This document shows, piece by piece, positions 29,445 to 39,396 of a DNA stretch of 52,638 nt. The notes below the pieces were generated by a model. The model was not told where the DNA came from. It was given only the letters and a program-made list of their open reading frames with translations, and did not search any database. The stretch's first letter is position 1, and the number at the start of each line of letters is the position of its first letter. Where the stretch lies: positions 1 through 52,638 of the forward strand of contig JBFWJK010000003.1 of NCBI GenBank assembly GCA_050253255.1. Direction: 5' to 3'. Source of the DNA: Desulfobacteraceae bacterium (GTDB taxonomy: Bacteria; Desulfobacterota; Desulfobacteria; Desulfobacterales; JACKCP01). The translations under genes were made by a program, and so were the position numbers.

Positions 29445-32400
29445 GATTAAATTCCTAATAGGTACTGTGAAAACGAATAATTATAAAACAAAAAACAAAT
29501 TGTAAAAAAAGTTTCAATTCCTTATAGGTACTGTGAAAACTTCCCATAAGCCTGTCAAGGTTCAGAGAACCCCAAGTTTCAATTCCTTATAGGTACTGTG
29601 AAAACCAAAAGCAACGCACTTGCACCCACTTTTTATTTTTCGTTTCAATTCCTTATAGGTACTGTGAAAACCTCTTTTTCCTGCCTGAGCGTCGGGATTT
29701 GAGCTCATGTTTCAATTCCTTATAGGTACTGTGAAAACCAATAAAGTTGAAAATACCTGAGTATATTTTTTGAGGTTTCAATTCCTTATAGGTACTGTGA
29801 AAACAGCTGTGTTTGTACCTGTGTGTTTAAATGAATTATGCGTTTCAATTCCTTATAGGTACTGTGAAAACGCAGTAAACCAACTGATTTTAATGACCTT
29901 GCAACATGTTTCAATTCCTTATAGGTACTGTGAAAACTAAAATCCTTTTGAAAGAGCTGCCTGGTATTCTTAACGTTTCAATTCCTTATAGGTACTGTGA
30001 AAACCAATATCAGCTTTGTAAATATTTTCAATGATTCCGCTGTTTCAATTCCTTGTAGGTACTGTAAAAACAAGATGGACAATGGAGTAATTCTGTTACG
30101 CCATATCGTTTCAATTCCTTGTAGGTACTGTAAAAACCTTAAAAGTGTCCACAGAATGTCCACAGGATTTTTTAGTTTCAATTCCTTGTAGGTACTGTAA
30201 AAACCGACTTTATTACCCGCACCATCTAGAACAAATGATGTTTCAATTCCTTGTAGGTACTGTAAAAACAGATTTATATAAAATAATAACTAAATACTCT
30301 AGTGTATTGTTTCAATTCCTTGTAGGTACTGTAAAAACAGATGATAGAAGAGTATGAAGAACAACCAGACCCAGGTTTCAATTCCTTGTAGGTACTGTAA
30401 AAACGCTTGCTCTGCATTTGCTGCAATAGTTGTCTGTGCCGTTTCAATTCCTTGTAGGTACTGTAAAAACGACACCTGGTAGAACCAAGGGCCATGGTGG
30501 TTGATATGTTTCAATTCCTTGTAGGTACTGTAAAAACTAGGGATTGTTATTCGAGCATGGTATTTAGCAAAAAAGTTTCAATTCCTTGTAGGTACTGTAA
30601 AAACCCACACCAGAGTGTAGAGAAAAAGAAAACTTTAAACTAGTTTCAATTCCTTGTAGGTACTGTAAAAACGAAAATATCTGACACTGTTTTTGATGCG
30701 GCAATATTCAGTTTCAATTCCTTGTAGGTACTGTAAAAACCAGGACTTGAAGTCCAGTCATTTGGATTAAATTCTGTGTTTCAATTCCTTGTAGGTACTG
30801 TAAAAACTGATCTAAGCATAATAAGAGCTGTAAGGTTTCTATAGTTTCAATTCCTTGTAGGTACTGTAAAAACGGCAAGAGAAAAAATTCTCTTAGGTCA
30901 GGAATATAGTATGTTTCAATTCCTTGTAGGTACTGTAAAAACTAAAATCATCGAGCTTTCATGGGAAATGATTGTAAAGTTTCAATTCCTTGTAGGTACT
31001 GTAAAAACCTGACGAGATTGCTGCTGGATACGGGTATACAGCTGGGTTTCAATTCCTTGTAGGTACTGTAAAAACCCCCAACCTCTTATTTCATACCAAA
31101 AACCATCATCTGTTTCAATTCCTTGTAGGTACTGTAAAAACATGGTATAAATGGAAATGTTAACAATATTATAAATCTGTTTCAATTCCTTGTAGGTACT
31201 GTAAAAACAATTTTTTAAAAACTATTTCTTTAAGCTGACTTTCTGGTTTCAATTCCTTGTAGGTACTGTAAAAACCTGATACGCATCTGTCTTATTCTGA
31301 TATAACACACAGGTTTCAATTCCTTGTAGGTACTGTAAAAACGAAGCGGAGTCTGCTGGAGCGGCTCCGTTTTCTTTGTTTCAATTCCTTGTAGGTACTG
31401 TAAAAACCAAAGAAGATGCCTTACATCTTTTAGGTAAGAAAGTGTTTCAATTCCTTGTAGGTACTGTAAAAACACTTGGAGCGGTTCAGCTATATCGTTA
31501 CTAGGTACGTTTCAATTCCTTGTAGGTACTGTAAAAACTAAATATAATCCAGACCTCAGAGGCCTCTTTTCTGAGTTTCAATTCCTTGTAGGTACTGTAA
31601 AAACTAAAAAAAGTTCGTCCCCATATTTCTTAATTCTACGCAGTTTCAATTCCTTGTAGGTACTGTAAAAACGCAGCCTCTAAAACGGCAGTCCATAGTT
31701 TTTTCTCTGTTTCAATTCCTTGTAGGTACTGTAAAAACTTAAATGACTTTTAACTTGTCTTATCATTAATTTTTGTTTCAATTCCTTGTAGGTACTGTAA
31801 AAACTTAGGCATATTGCAAACCTGATGAAAGATTTATTGTGGTTTCAATTCCTTGTAGGTACTGTAAAAACCTATTGTTGGTTATGATCTACATGACAAA
31901 ATATCAGTGTTTCAATTCCTTGTAGGTACTGTAAAAACACGACTATCAATCAGGCCGGCAACAATACGATCACATGTTTCAATTCCTTGTAGGTACTGTA
32001 AAAACACTTTTTCCCGTCTGTACATCAGATTATTAATCTTCTGTTTCAATTCCTTGTAGGTACTGTAAAAACGCCATCATACGTGGTATAAACCAAGCTG
32101 GTAGTAATTGTTTCAATTCCTTGTAGGTACTGTAAAAACTGCACCCTCAAGGCTACACCAAAAAGTTTTAATCCCGTTTCAATTCCTTGTAGGTACTGTA
32201 AAAACCAATCAGGATAGGAAGGTTTAAGTTAAAAACTTCTTGGTTTCAATTCCTTGTAGGTACTGTAAAAACAATATCTGTATTATTTAGCCAAGATTAA
32301 CCAACTCTGTTTCAATTCCTTGTAGGTACTGTAAAAACGACCAAACCTGTTTAAGCAAAAGTTTAATGATTCCGGTGTTTCAATTCCTTGTAGGTACTGT

Positions 32401-34129
32401 AAAAACTTTTTCAAAAAATTAAACAGTGCCAATAAACAAAACGTTTCAATTCCTTGTAGGTACTGTAAAAACACTTGATTATATTACCAAACTTGATTTA
32501 AAGGTCGGGTTTCAATTCCTTGTAGGTACTGTAAAAACACCTTTCAGGGGATAGCAAAAGCAATGGCAACTCAAGTTTCAATTCCTTGTAGGTACTGTAA
32601 AAACCTTTTGAAACAAGGCTTATGAGCCTTCACAAAAAAGTGTTTCAATTCCTTGTAGGTACTGTAAAAACAACTTGAAAAGAGAATACTTTTCCTTGAA
32701 AGATACCTGTTTCAATTCCTTGTAGGTACTGTAAAAACCAAAATGTCTTAATGAAGGTTTTTTAACTCCTGTCTAGTTTCAATTCCTTGTAGGTACTGTA
32801 AAAACCTTATATCCACCTTGGTATTTTCATTAAAAATGAAAGTTTCAATTCCTTGTAGGTACTGTAAAAACACGGTGGCCTGTTTCAAAAAGAGGGACTT
32901 TATTTTGAGTTTCAATTCCTTGTAGGTACTGTAAAAACCTAATTAAAAAAATTAATTAAAAAAGGATTGATTAGTTTCAATTCCTTGTAGGTACTGTAAA
33001 AACCAACAATATCAGCTGCAACAGTAGCAAGGCCAGAAAGTTTCAATTCCTTGTAGGTACTGTAAAAACTTGCAGGGTGGCGAGGCAAACGTTTTTTCAA
33101 ATAAAGTTTCAATTCCTTGTAGGTACTGTAAAAACACAATCCAACAGATGTTGAAGCAAAAGACCTTGCAGAAGTTTCAATTCCTTGTAGGTACTGTAAA
33201 AACCCGATTGTATCAGTTTCAGCAAGGTTCGTTAAAGTTGTTTCAATTCCTTGTAGGTACTGTAAAAACAACACTGAACATAAAAAAACTTGGGAGGTAA
33301 AAAATCAGTTTCAATTCCTTGTAGGTACTGTAAAAACGCCATAGAAAGGTTTAATTATGAGCTTCAGAAAGCACGTTTCAATTCCTTGTAGGTACTGTAA
33401 AAACTGTTTTTGGCGAACTTGAAAAAGCGTGCTTTTCAAGGTTTCAATTCCTTGTAGGTACTGTAAAAACTTTGAGGGCCAGATGATTTCTAGGCTTGAA
33501 ACACATGTTTCAATTCCTTGTAGGTACTGTAAAAACTTGATTTTGATATTGAGGATATTGGTATATAAAAAAGTTTCAATTCCTTGTAGGTACTGTAAAA
33601 ACGGTAGTATTGTCCACGATTATGCATCGGGTAACAAGTTTCAATTCCTTGTAGGTACTGTAAAAACCAAGGAAAATCAGGAAAGTTACCGTGTGTATAA
33701 ATAGTTTCAATTCCTTGTAGGTACTGTAAAAACTATCGATTGGAAATTAGTTAAATGGAACTCTAATTAGTTTCAATTCCTTGTAGGTACTGTAAAAACA
33801 TACCAGAGTGTAGAGAAAAAGAAAACTTTGAACTAGTTTCAATTCCTTGTAGGTACTGTAAAAACCTTAAAAATCATAAGCAATAATCAAGTAAATATTG
33901 GGTTTCAATTCCTTGTAGGTACTGTAAAAACAAAGAAAAGTATCAAGCAGAGCTTGCAAGAAAAGAGGTTTCAATTCCTTGTAGGTACTGTAAAAACCAT
34001 TTTTAGTACAAACATAAACATAATTTACATCAGGTTTCAATTCCTTGTAGGTACTGTAAAAACTCGAGTTTTTGTCATTTCAAGGCTAAAAATACAACAG
34101 TTTCAATTCCTTGTAGGTACTGTAAAAAC
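29445..34129 (-). CRISPR. CRISPR array, 30-bp repeat GTTTTTACAGTACCTACAAGGAATTGAAAC (crRNA orientation), about 71 repeats and 70 spacers of about 35-39 nt
   Basis: Manual count: 62 major repeats (30042-34129), 8 variant repeats (29511-30004), 1 degenerate terminal repeat (29445-29474); the ATTGAAAC 3' handle and leader position give the orientation. Confidence 0.98.
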
Positions 34130-34262
34130 TCCAAGTTTTATAATAAAAAAACAACGGACAATCAAGGAATTCATAATAAATTGTCAAAGATCATATATAA
34201 ATATACATAAAAATCTGTCGACCCCCGGGGATTTTTGCACTACCGGAGGTCGACAGATTTTT
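34130..34262 (-). promoter_or_regulatory. CRISPR leader with GTCGACC/GGTCGAC inverted repeat
   Basis: AT-rich region between cas2 and the first repeat; AAAAATCTGTCGACC (34209-34223) / GGTCGACAGATTTTT (34248-34262); candidate promoter TTGATT-17-TATAAA at 34165-34137. Confidence 0.85.
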
Positions 34263-34527
34263 ACAGAAACTGAGTTTCGCCCTTTTTATCCACGCCGTAT
34301 ACTTTTCTTTCATAGTATTTCATATGCCTGAACTTATAGGCAACAATTGAATCATTTAAATCTTTATCAATTATTTTCTCAAGCTCAAAAATCATCTTTT
34401 CATATTTTGCTTCTGTAATTTCTCCTTCGAAAACCGAATTCTGAACCCATTTCAGATATTTTCTGCATGTCTTAAGTGCATTGCTGCATTTTTTCTGATT
34501 TACATCATAAAAAAGAATCACAAACAT
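34261..34527 (-). CDS. cas2: CRISPR-associated endonuclease Cas2
   Basis: MFVILFYDV, WVQNSVFEG; 88 aa. Confidence 0.96.
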   Translation of the reverse strand: MFVILFYDVNQKKCSNALKTCRKYLKWVQNSVFEGEITEAKYEKMIFELEKIIDKDLNDSIVAYKFRHMKYYERKVYGVDKKGETQFL

Positions 34528-34528
34528 T

Positions 34529-35524
34529 TTACCAGTCCATAATAAAAGGTTTATATACTTCTTCTTCCATCAAGTGCTTTTCAAGCTTATAAAGTTCCAG
34601 TCTGATAAGCCGCCTGTAGCTTGTATGCTTTTTTGTTCCGGAATGTTTAATTGTCTGCTTCAGTCTTTCTTCAAGATTCTGAATAAATTTCTTTTTCCCG
34701 GATTCTTTTAAAATGATTCCATCAAAATCCTTATGAAAGTCATTTTCAGTTATTATTTTCTTATTAAGAACGGAAAAGATTACCCTGTCTCCAACAACAA
34801 TCTTAAAAATCTCTGCTATATCAAGATTTAAAGAAAACCGTCTGAAATTTGTGGTATGAAGATAGCCGATTCTAGGGTCAAGATGAGTTTTATAAATCTC
34901 ACTTAAAACCTGAGTATAAATAACCGAGTTGCCAAACGAAATAAGAGTGTTGATATAATCTTTTGGAGGCCGTCTTGTTCTTGCTTCAAACCTGAACTCG
35001 GGATTGTCGATTATATGACTGAAAGCTCTGTAATAAGTCTGTTTTATCTGGCCTTCAAAGGCCATTGCCTGCTCTATAGTATCCTGAGATAAAGCCTTTT
35101 CTTTCAAAGACTCAATCTGCTCTATGAATATTTCAAGGTTCTTTTCACGCCTGTTGTAATATTTCAAAACCTTAAGTGTATTTTTAGCAGCACCGTCAAT
35201 TATTTTAGAAGCAATAAAAAACCGCTTTTTCTCATCAATATAATGCTCAGACTGCTTTAATATCATAAATCCGAAATTATAATGCTCACGGGGATAAAAA
35301 CTACCTGCATAATATCCGTAATAATTGAAATAATGCAAAATTATCTCTTTCTGGGATAGAAAATTCAAAATCTTTGCATTAAGATCAATTTCACCAAAGG
35401 CATAAATCTCTTTTACATTTTCAACGGGAATGAACTTTTTGTTTCCGTCTTCGGTTTCAAAGAAAAGGGTGTTTTCCTTTCTTTTGAGTCTTCCGTTGGA
35501 GAAAATGTAGATGGATTCTTTCAT
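34529..35524 (-). CDS. cas1: Type I-B Cas1
   Basis: RKENTLFF, FEG, RTRRPP.D.INTLISFGNS, GYLH, LDIAEIFK. Confidence 0.97.
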   Translation of the reverse strand: MKESIYIFSNGRLKRKENTLFFETEDGNKKFIPVENVKEIYAFGEIDLNAKILNFLSQKEIILHYFNYYGYYAGSFYPREHYNFGFMILKQSEHYIDEKKRFFIASKIIDGAAKNTLKVLKYYNRREKNLEIFIEQIESLKEKALSQDTIEQAMAFEGQIKQTYYRAFSHIIDNPEFRFEARTRRPPKDYINTLISFGNSVIYTQVLSEIYKTHLDPRIGYLHTTNFRRFSLNLDIAEIFKIVVGDRVIFSVLNKKIITENDFHKDFDGIILKESGKKKFIQNLEERLKQTIKHSGTKKHTSYRRLIRLELYKLEKHLMEEEVYKPFIMDW

Positions 35525-36684
35525 TAAGCCTCACTCCAAAGACCATACCCCACAGCTGTTTTAGCTCCCAGGCCATGTTCTGACAGACTTTCACTTAAAT
35601 ATTTTTTTGACTTTTCTAATAAATTTTCATCTTTTGATCCCAACAAAAATTTAAACTTAGTGTTTTTTATCGTTAAAAATATAATTGGATTTGGGTTCTG
35701 GTCATCTGTAGGATTTTTATCTTTACTGTAATAATCTGGATAATGAACATTCATTATATCAGGCTCAATATTAGGAGGCTCCATTGGAAATGAATCAAAA
35801 AAAATAACACTGCCTTTTTTATTTTGTGAGCCGAATATATTCTGATAATTTTCTATAATTTCAATCATTTCTTTTTTTATATGAGATTTTTCATTATAAA
35901 AATGGTTGTAAATTTCTTTAGAAGGTGCATTTGAAAATTTACTTTTAAAAGACTCAAATTTTTTTTCTTCATCATTTTTTTTATTTTGATCTTTTTTATC
36001 TTTAAAAGTAAAATTTTCCAGAACTTTTTCGAAAATACTAATTTCTGGCCACTTACAATTTGTTTTTTCAAATTCAGACAAAATAAAATAATGTCTTGTA
36101 ATACCTTTGATTGCGCTCCCTGGAATGTATGGAATTCCATAGATATGATGAAGAGTAATTGAAGTTTCATAAACCGAAGGATCACCAATTCCGACTACCA
36201 TTCGCCAGTCTGGTTTCATTTTCAACTCTTTAACTCTTAAATTCATGGACTTTATTTTTCTTGTATAATCAGTATCGAAAACAGAAAAATCAAAAGCCCA
36301 GGAGTCAGCACAAATATTATAGATAATTTTTCCTTTGGAAGTTTTAAAAAAGAAAAAATCTTTCCCATCAAAAAGAGAAAATTTACTCAATTTTAATAAA
36401 AAATTATCAACACAACCGTCATTTGCAAGAAAAGCCCTATATGTATCTTTAAAAGGAACTAAAGGACGTATAATTTTTATATTTTTAGCTTCTTCTTTTT
36501 GAGTTTTTCGATTTTTATTCATATCAAACTCAACAAGCTCATTTTTTAATGGAATTAATTTTTGATCTCTCTTATTTTTAGATAAACTTTCTTCTTTAAA
36601 ATATAAATCTTTGCCTTTATTTCTTTTTATGTATCCAAACTTTTTGTCTTCTTTATAAACATTTACTTTACCAACCTCACTCAT
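35524..36684 (-). CDS. cmr6: Type III-B Cmr6 with N-terminal cold-shock domain
   Basis: RAMP motifs HHIYGIPYIPGSAIKG, DIMNVHYPDYY, GLGAKTAVGYG; N-terminal GKV..Y..DKKFGYI...KDLYF. ATG 36684 preferred over 36699. Confidence 0.9.
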   Translation of the reverse strand: MSEVGKVNVYKEDKKFGYIKRNKGKDLYFKEESLSKNKRDQKLIPLKNELVEFDMNKNRKTQKEEAKNIKIIRPLVPFKDTYRAFLANDGCVDNFLLKLSKFSLFDGKDFFFFKTSKGKIIYNICADSWAFDFSVFDTDYTRKIKSMNLRVKELKMKPDWRMVVGIGDPSVYETSITLHHIYGIPYIPGSAIKGITRHYFILSEFEKTNCKWPEISIFEKVLENFTFKDKKDQNKKNDEEKKFESFKSKFSNAPSKEIYNHFYNEKSHIKKEMIEIIENYQNIFGSQNKKGSVIFFDSFPMEPPNIEPDIMNVHYPDYYSKDKNPTDDQNPNPIIFLTIKNTKFKFLLGSKDENLLEKSKKYLSESLSEHGLGAKTAVGYGLWSEA

Positions 36685-37108
36685 TATCATCCCCTTCAAT
36701 CAGTCCCTCTGCAAAACGTCTTAGCCAACTAAAAAAAGCTAAAACTTCAATAGTAATCATTCTATATTTTGAGGAATCTTCAGAAATTATATAATTATTT
36801 AATTTTTCAAATGAATTAATAATCTGATCTGAGGGTAAAAGTCCTTTTTCATCAGCTTTTAACCAATCTAATATTTGTTCCCCTATAAATTCATAGGTTC
36901 CTCCTTTTGAAAGCATAAAAGCAAAGGTAGCACCAAGACCATTTGTTTTTATAAGCATGGGTATTTTTTTTGTATAAGCTTTATATTCCTTCGATTTATC
37001 ATTTTTATCTTTATATTCTTTTTTTTTATCCAGAAGGCTTCCTTCTTTGGCACATTCATATGCAAATTTTGCTCTGCCCTGCTCTAATCCTGAAATTTTA
37101 CTTTCCAT
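36677..37108 (-). CDS. cmr5: Type III-B small subunit Cmr5
   Basis: LEQGRAKFAY, KIPMLIKTNGLGATFAF, WLRRFAEG. Confidence 0.93.
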   Translation of the reverse strand: MESKISGLEQGRAKFAYECAKEGSLLDKKKEYKDKNDKSKEYKAYTKKIPMLIKTNGLGATFAFMLSKGGTYEFIGEQILDWLKADEKGLLPSDQIINSFEKLNNYIISEDSSKYRMITIEVLAFFSWLRRFAEGLIEGDDNE

Positions 37109-38138
37109 TTTGTGCTGCCTCCATTTTTTTTATTTCAACAACACCCTTTCCGATTGTTGCATTTCCTCCAATCTGCATAACCTCAGGAACACCATTTTCA
37201 AAAAAATCCATAACAAGTTTTTCTTCATTTTGACTTTCGAAGATACCTTTATCTTTTTTATTAAAAATTGGAGTTGTTAAAGCTAAAGAATATAAAATTG
37301 TTTCAGAAGGAAGATATTCTTCTGTAAATAATGCTCCGCCTTTAACAGTTCCTGTCTCGGGATCAATGCATGTTCGAGTTACTACTTCTGTGGAAAGGTT
37401 TACAAAATCTCTAAAGTCTTCATCTGATAAAACGACAAGTTTTTCTACAACAGAATTAAGACCCAATTTATCCGTAATGAATTGAGCCAAATTTTTGGTA
37501 TTTTCATCACTCTTTACCGAAAAACTATATTCTTCCAAAACGACAATATTTTTATCTTTAATTGTCAAAGGACTTGCATTAGTATCAAAAACTGAATTTG
37601 GTGAAGGAACAGTTTCGATATTATATTTCTGCATATCTATACTTTCCATTTTTATACAAATACCTAAATCTTTATAAAATCTTTCAATCACCGAAGGACA
37701 GGTTATATAAGCAAAAACCCCTTTCATTGATTTTACAGGGAATAAAAGAATCTTTGCATCTGTAAAGCCTAAAGCACCAGCATGTGCATCACCGTCTTTT
37801 GGTCCAAAAGACAAAGAGATTGCTTGATCAAATTTAATTAACTCTTTTCCATTTTTATCTTTTTTTACTTCTTGGGAATTATCCTTCCTGACCATCCATT
37901 TTTCTTCTAAACCTTTAAAATTATCTTTAAGCTTATCTGAATTAACAATATTATCAGATAATTTTAACCCTTCAAAAACTTCTCTTATGCTGCCTTTTAA
38001 ACCTGATGCCTCAATTTTTGGAAAGCCTGTATGCCTTTCCCTTTGGATTGGCATATCAACAATTCCAAGATCCTGTCCGCTGCCTGCATGTAATGGTGTT
38101 ATTACTTTTATAAAAAAAGGTTTAGCTAATTTAAACAT
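37098..38138 (-). CDS. cmr4: Type III-B Cmr4 (RNA-cleaving Cas7 subunit)
   Basis: TPLHAGSG...VDMPIQRE (catalytic Asp present), SGLKG, QIGGNATIGKG. Confidence 0.95.
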   Translation of the reverse strand: MFKLAKPFFIKVITPLHAGSGQDLGIVDMPIQRERHTGFPKIEASGLKGSIREVFEGLKLSDNIVNSDKLKDNFKGLEEKWMVRKDNSQEVKKDKNGKELIKFDQAISLSFGPKDGDAHAGALGFTDAKILLFPVKSMKGVFAYITCPSVIERFYKDLGICIKMESIDMQKYNIETVPSPNSVFDTNASPLTIKDKNIVVLEEYSFSVKSDENTKNLAQFITDKLGLNSVVEKLVVLSDEDFRDFVNLSTEVVTRTCIDPETGTVKGGALFTEEYLPSETILYSLALTTPIFNKKDKGIFESQNEEKLVMDFFENGVPEVMQIGGNATIGKGVVEIKKMEAAQNGK

Positions 38139-38148
38139 TACTTATCTC

Positions 38149-39387
38149 CTAATTATCAAGATAGTGATTTAATCTTTCCTCAATTTTATCAATTCCCCAG
38201 ACTTCAAGAGATGCTCTTTTTGCCGCAAGAACAGATTTTTTTATATTCTTATAGCACCCCTCTTTAAGAAGCTTATTGAACTCGCCAACATCATTAATTT
38301 CTTCTTGAGTCAAAGGTGTTATCAAAATAGGCAAACCATAAGCCCCGCTAACGGCATAGGTGGAATATTTAGTACTTTTTGCAATATCACCAGACATAGC
38401 ACCGCTTTTACACTCAAAAATCATAAATTTCCCATTTCTTGTAAGCAGAGCTATATCAAATTCATCAATTGCAGATTCCGTAACTTTTTCATGCTTATCA
38501 TTAAAATTTATTTTCTCTGAGAAAGATAAATCTGCAATTTTATTTTTCGCAACATCATATATTTTATAGCCAGCTAGTTTTTCTAAAATATAACCAAGAG
38601 GATATTCTTTATTAAAATCATTTTCAAAATTATCATAAGTAAGACCATTCATTTTTTCAAATATGGTTTCCTTAACCGCATTTTTATTATTTTTTATATT
38701 AAAATCAACCACTTGCAATCTAAAAAACCTGTCATTTATGAATTCTTCTAATAATTTAATATAGAATTTTTTTTCTCTTATTTTCGTTTCATTGCTTTCA
38801 AGGTTTTCAAGCAATTTTCTTTGGGATGTTTTTGTATCCTTTATTTCGAAGCCCATCAACTCTAATGCAGTTTCTATCTTCAGCAGTTCCTTAGTGGTAT
38901 AATTTTCAACAATATCAAAATTTTCAAAATTATTTCTTTGAAGTACTATTTTATTTTTATTCCCTTCAAGATAACAAACAACATCTTCAGGACCAGATAT
39001 CTTATTAATGGCGAAAGCAACAGATCTCTGCCCCCCAGTCACATTCCAGAAAACCTTCTGGCCTTCAAAATTTTCAGCAAGACAATCTTCCATCTTACTT
39101 ACATCACTTATTAATTCTTGTTCAAAACTCAGAGTATATTTTTCACCTAAAGGAGCTGATATAATTTTTTCTTTGATTAGAATTTTTTGTAAATTCTCAT
39201 CCCATTTTTTATTCTTAGAATATTTACTGCCAGATGTTGTGATATTGTAAATTTCCTTAAATTTATAAATGCCTAAAGGTATATAATTTACCATCTGATT
39301 TAAAGTTGAAACCATTACATAAATATAATCTGCAAAAATATCTTCTTGTACTATGCTATTTTTGTTCGACCTTATTTTACTCAACAT
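38149..39387 (-). CDS. CARF plus PD-(D/E)xK nuclease, Card1/Can2 (DUF1887)-like ancillary effector
   Basis: N-terminal CARF-like strand 'VMVSTLNQMVNYIP' and 'WNVTGGQR'; C-terminal 'GYILE...EFDIA...IFECKSG'. Confidence 0.75.
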   Translation of the reverse strand: MLSKIRSNKNSIVQEDIFADYIYVMVSTLNQMVNYIPLGIYKFKEIYNITTSGSKYSKNKKWDENLQKILIKEKIISAPLGEKYTLSFEQELISDVSKMEDCLAENFEGQKVFWNVTGGQRSVAFAINKISGPEDVVCYLEGNKNKIVLQRNNFENFDIVENYTTKELLKIETALELMGFEIKDTKTSQRKLLENLESNETKIREKKFYIKLLEEFINDRFFRLQVVDFNIKNNKNAVKETIFEKMNGLTYDNFENDFNKEYPLGYILEKLAGYKIYDVAKNKIADLSFSEKINFNDKHEKVTESAIDEFDIALLTRNGKFMIFECKSGAMSGDIAKSTKYSTYAVSGAYGLPILITPLTQEEINDVGEFNKLLKEGCYKNIKKSVLAAKRASLEVWGIDKIEERLNHYLDN

Positions 39388-39396
39388 AAAAATCTC

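Noticed and set aside
29281-29505. 74-aa ORF at the array trailer
   Set aside because: TTG start without a clear RBS, runs into the degenerate repeat, no motif
29475-34099. Self-targeting spacers against this window
   Set aside because: None noticed by eye; this was not an exhaustive alignment, so it is not excluded
29978-34331. Many short ORFs with repeating FLQYLQGIET / VSIPCRYCKN / FQFLVGTVKT peptides
   Set aside because: They are translations of the CRISPR repeat, not genes
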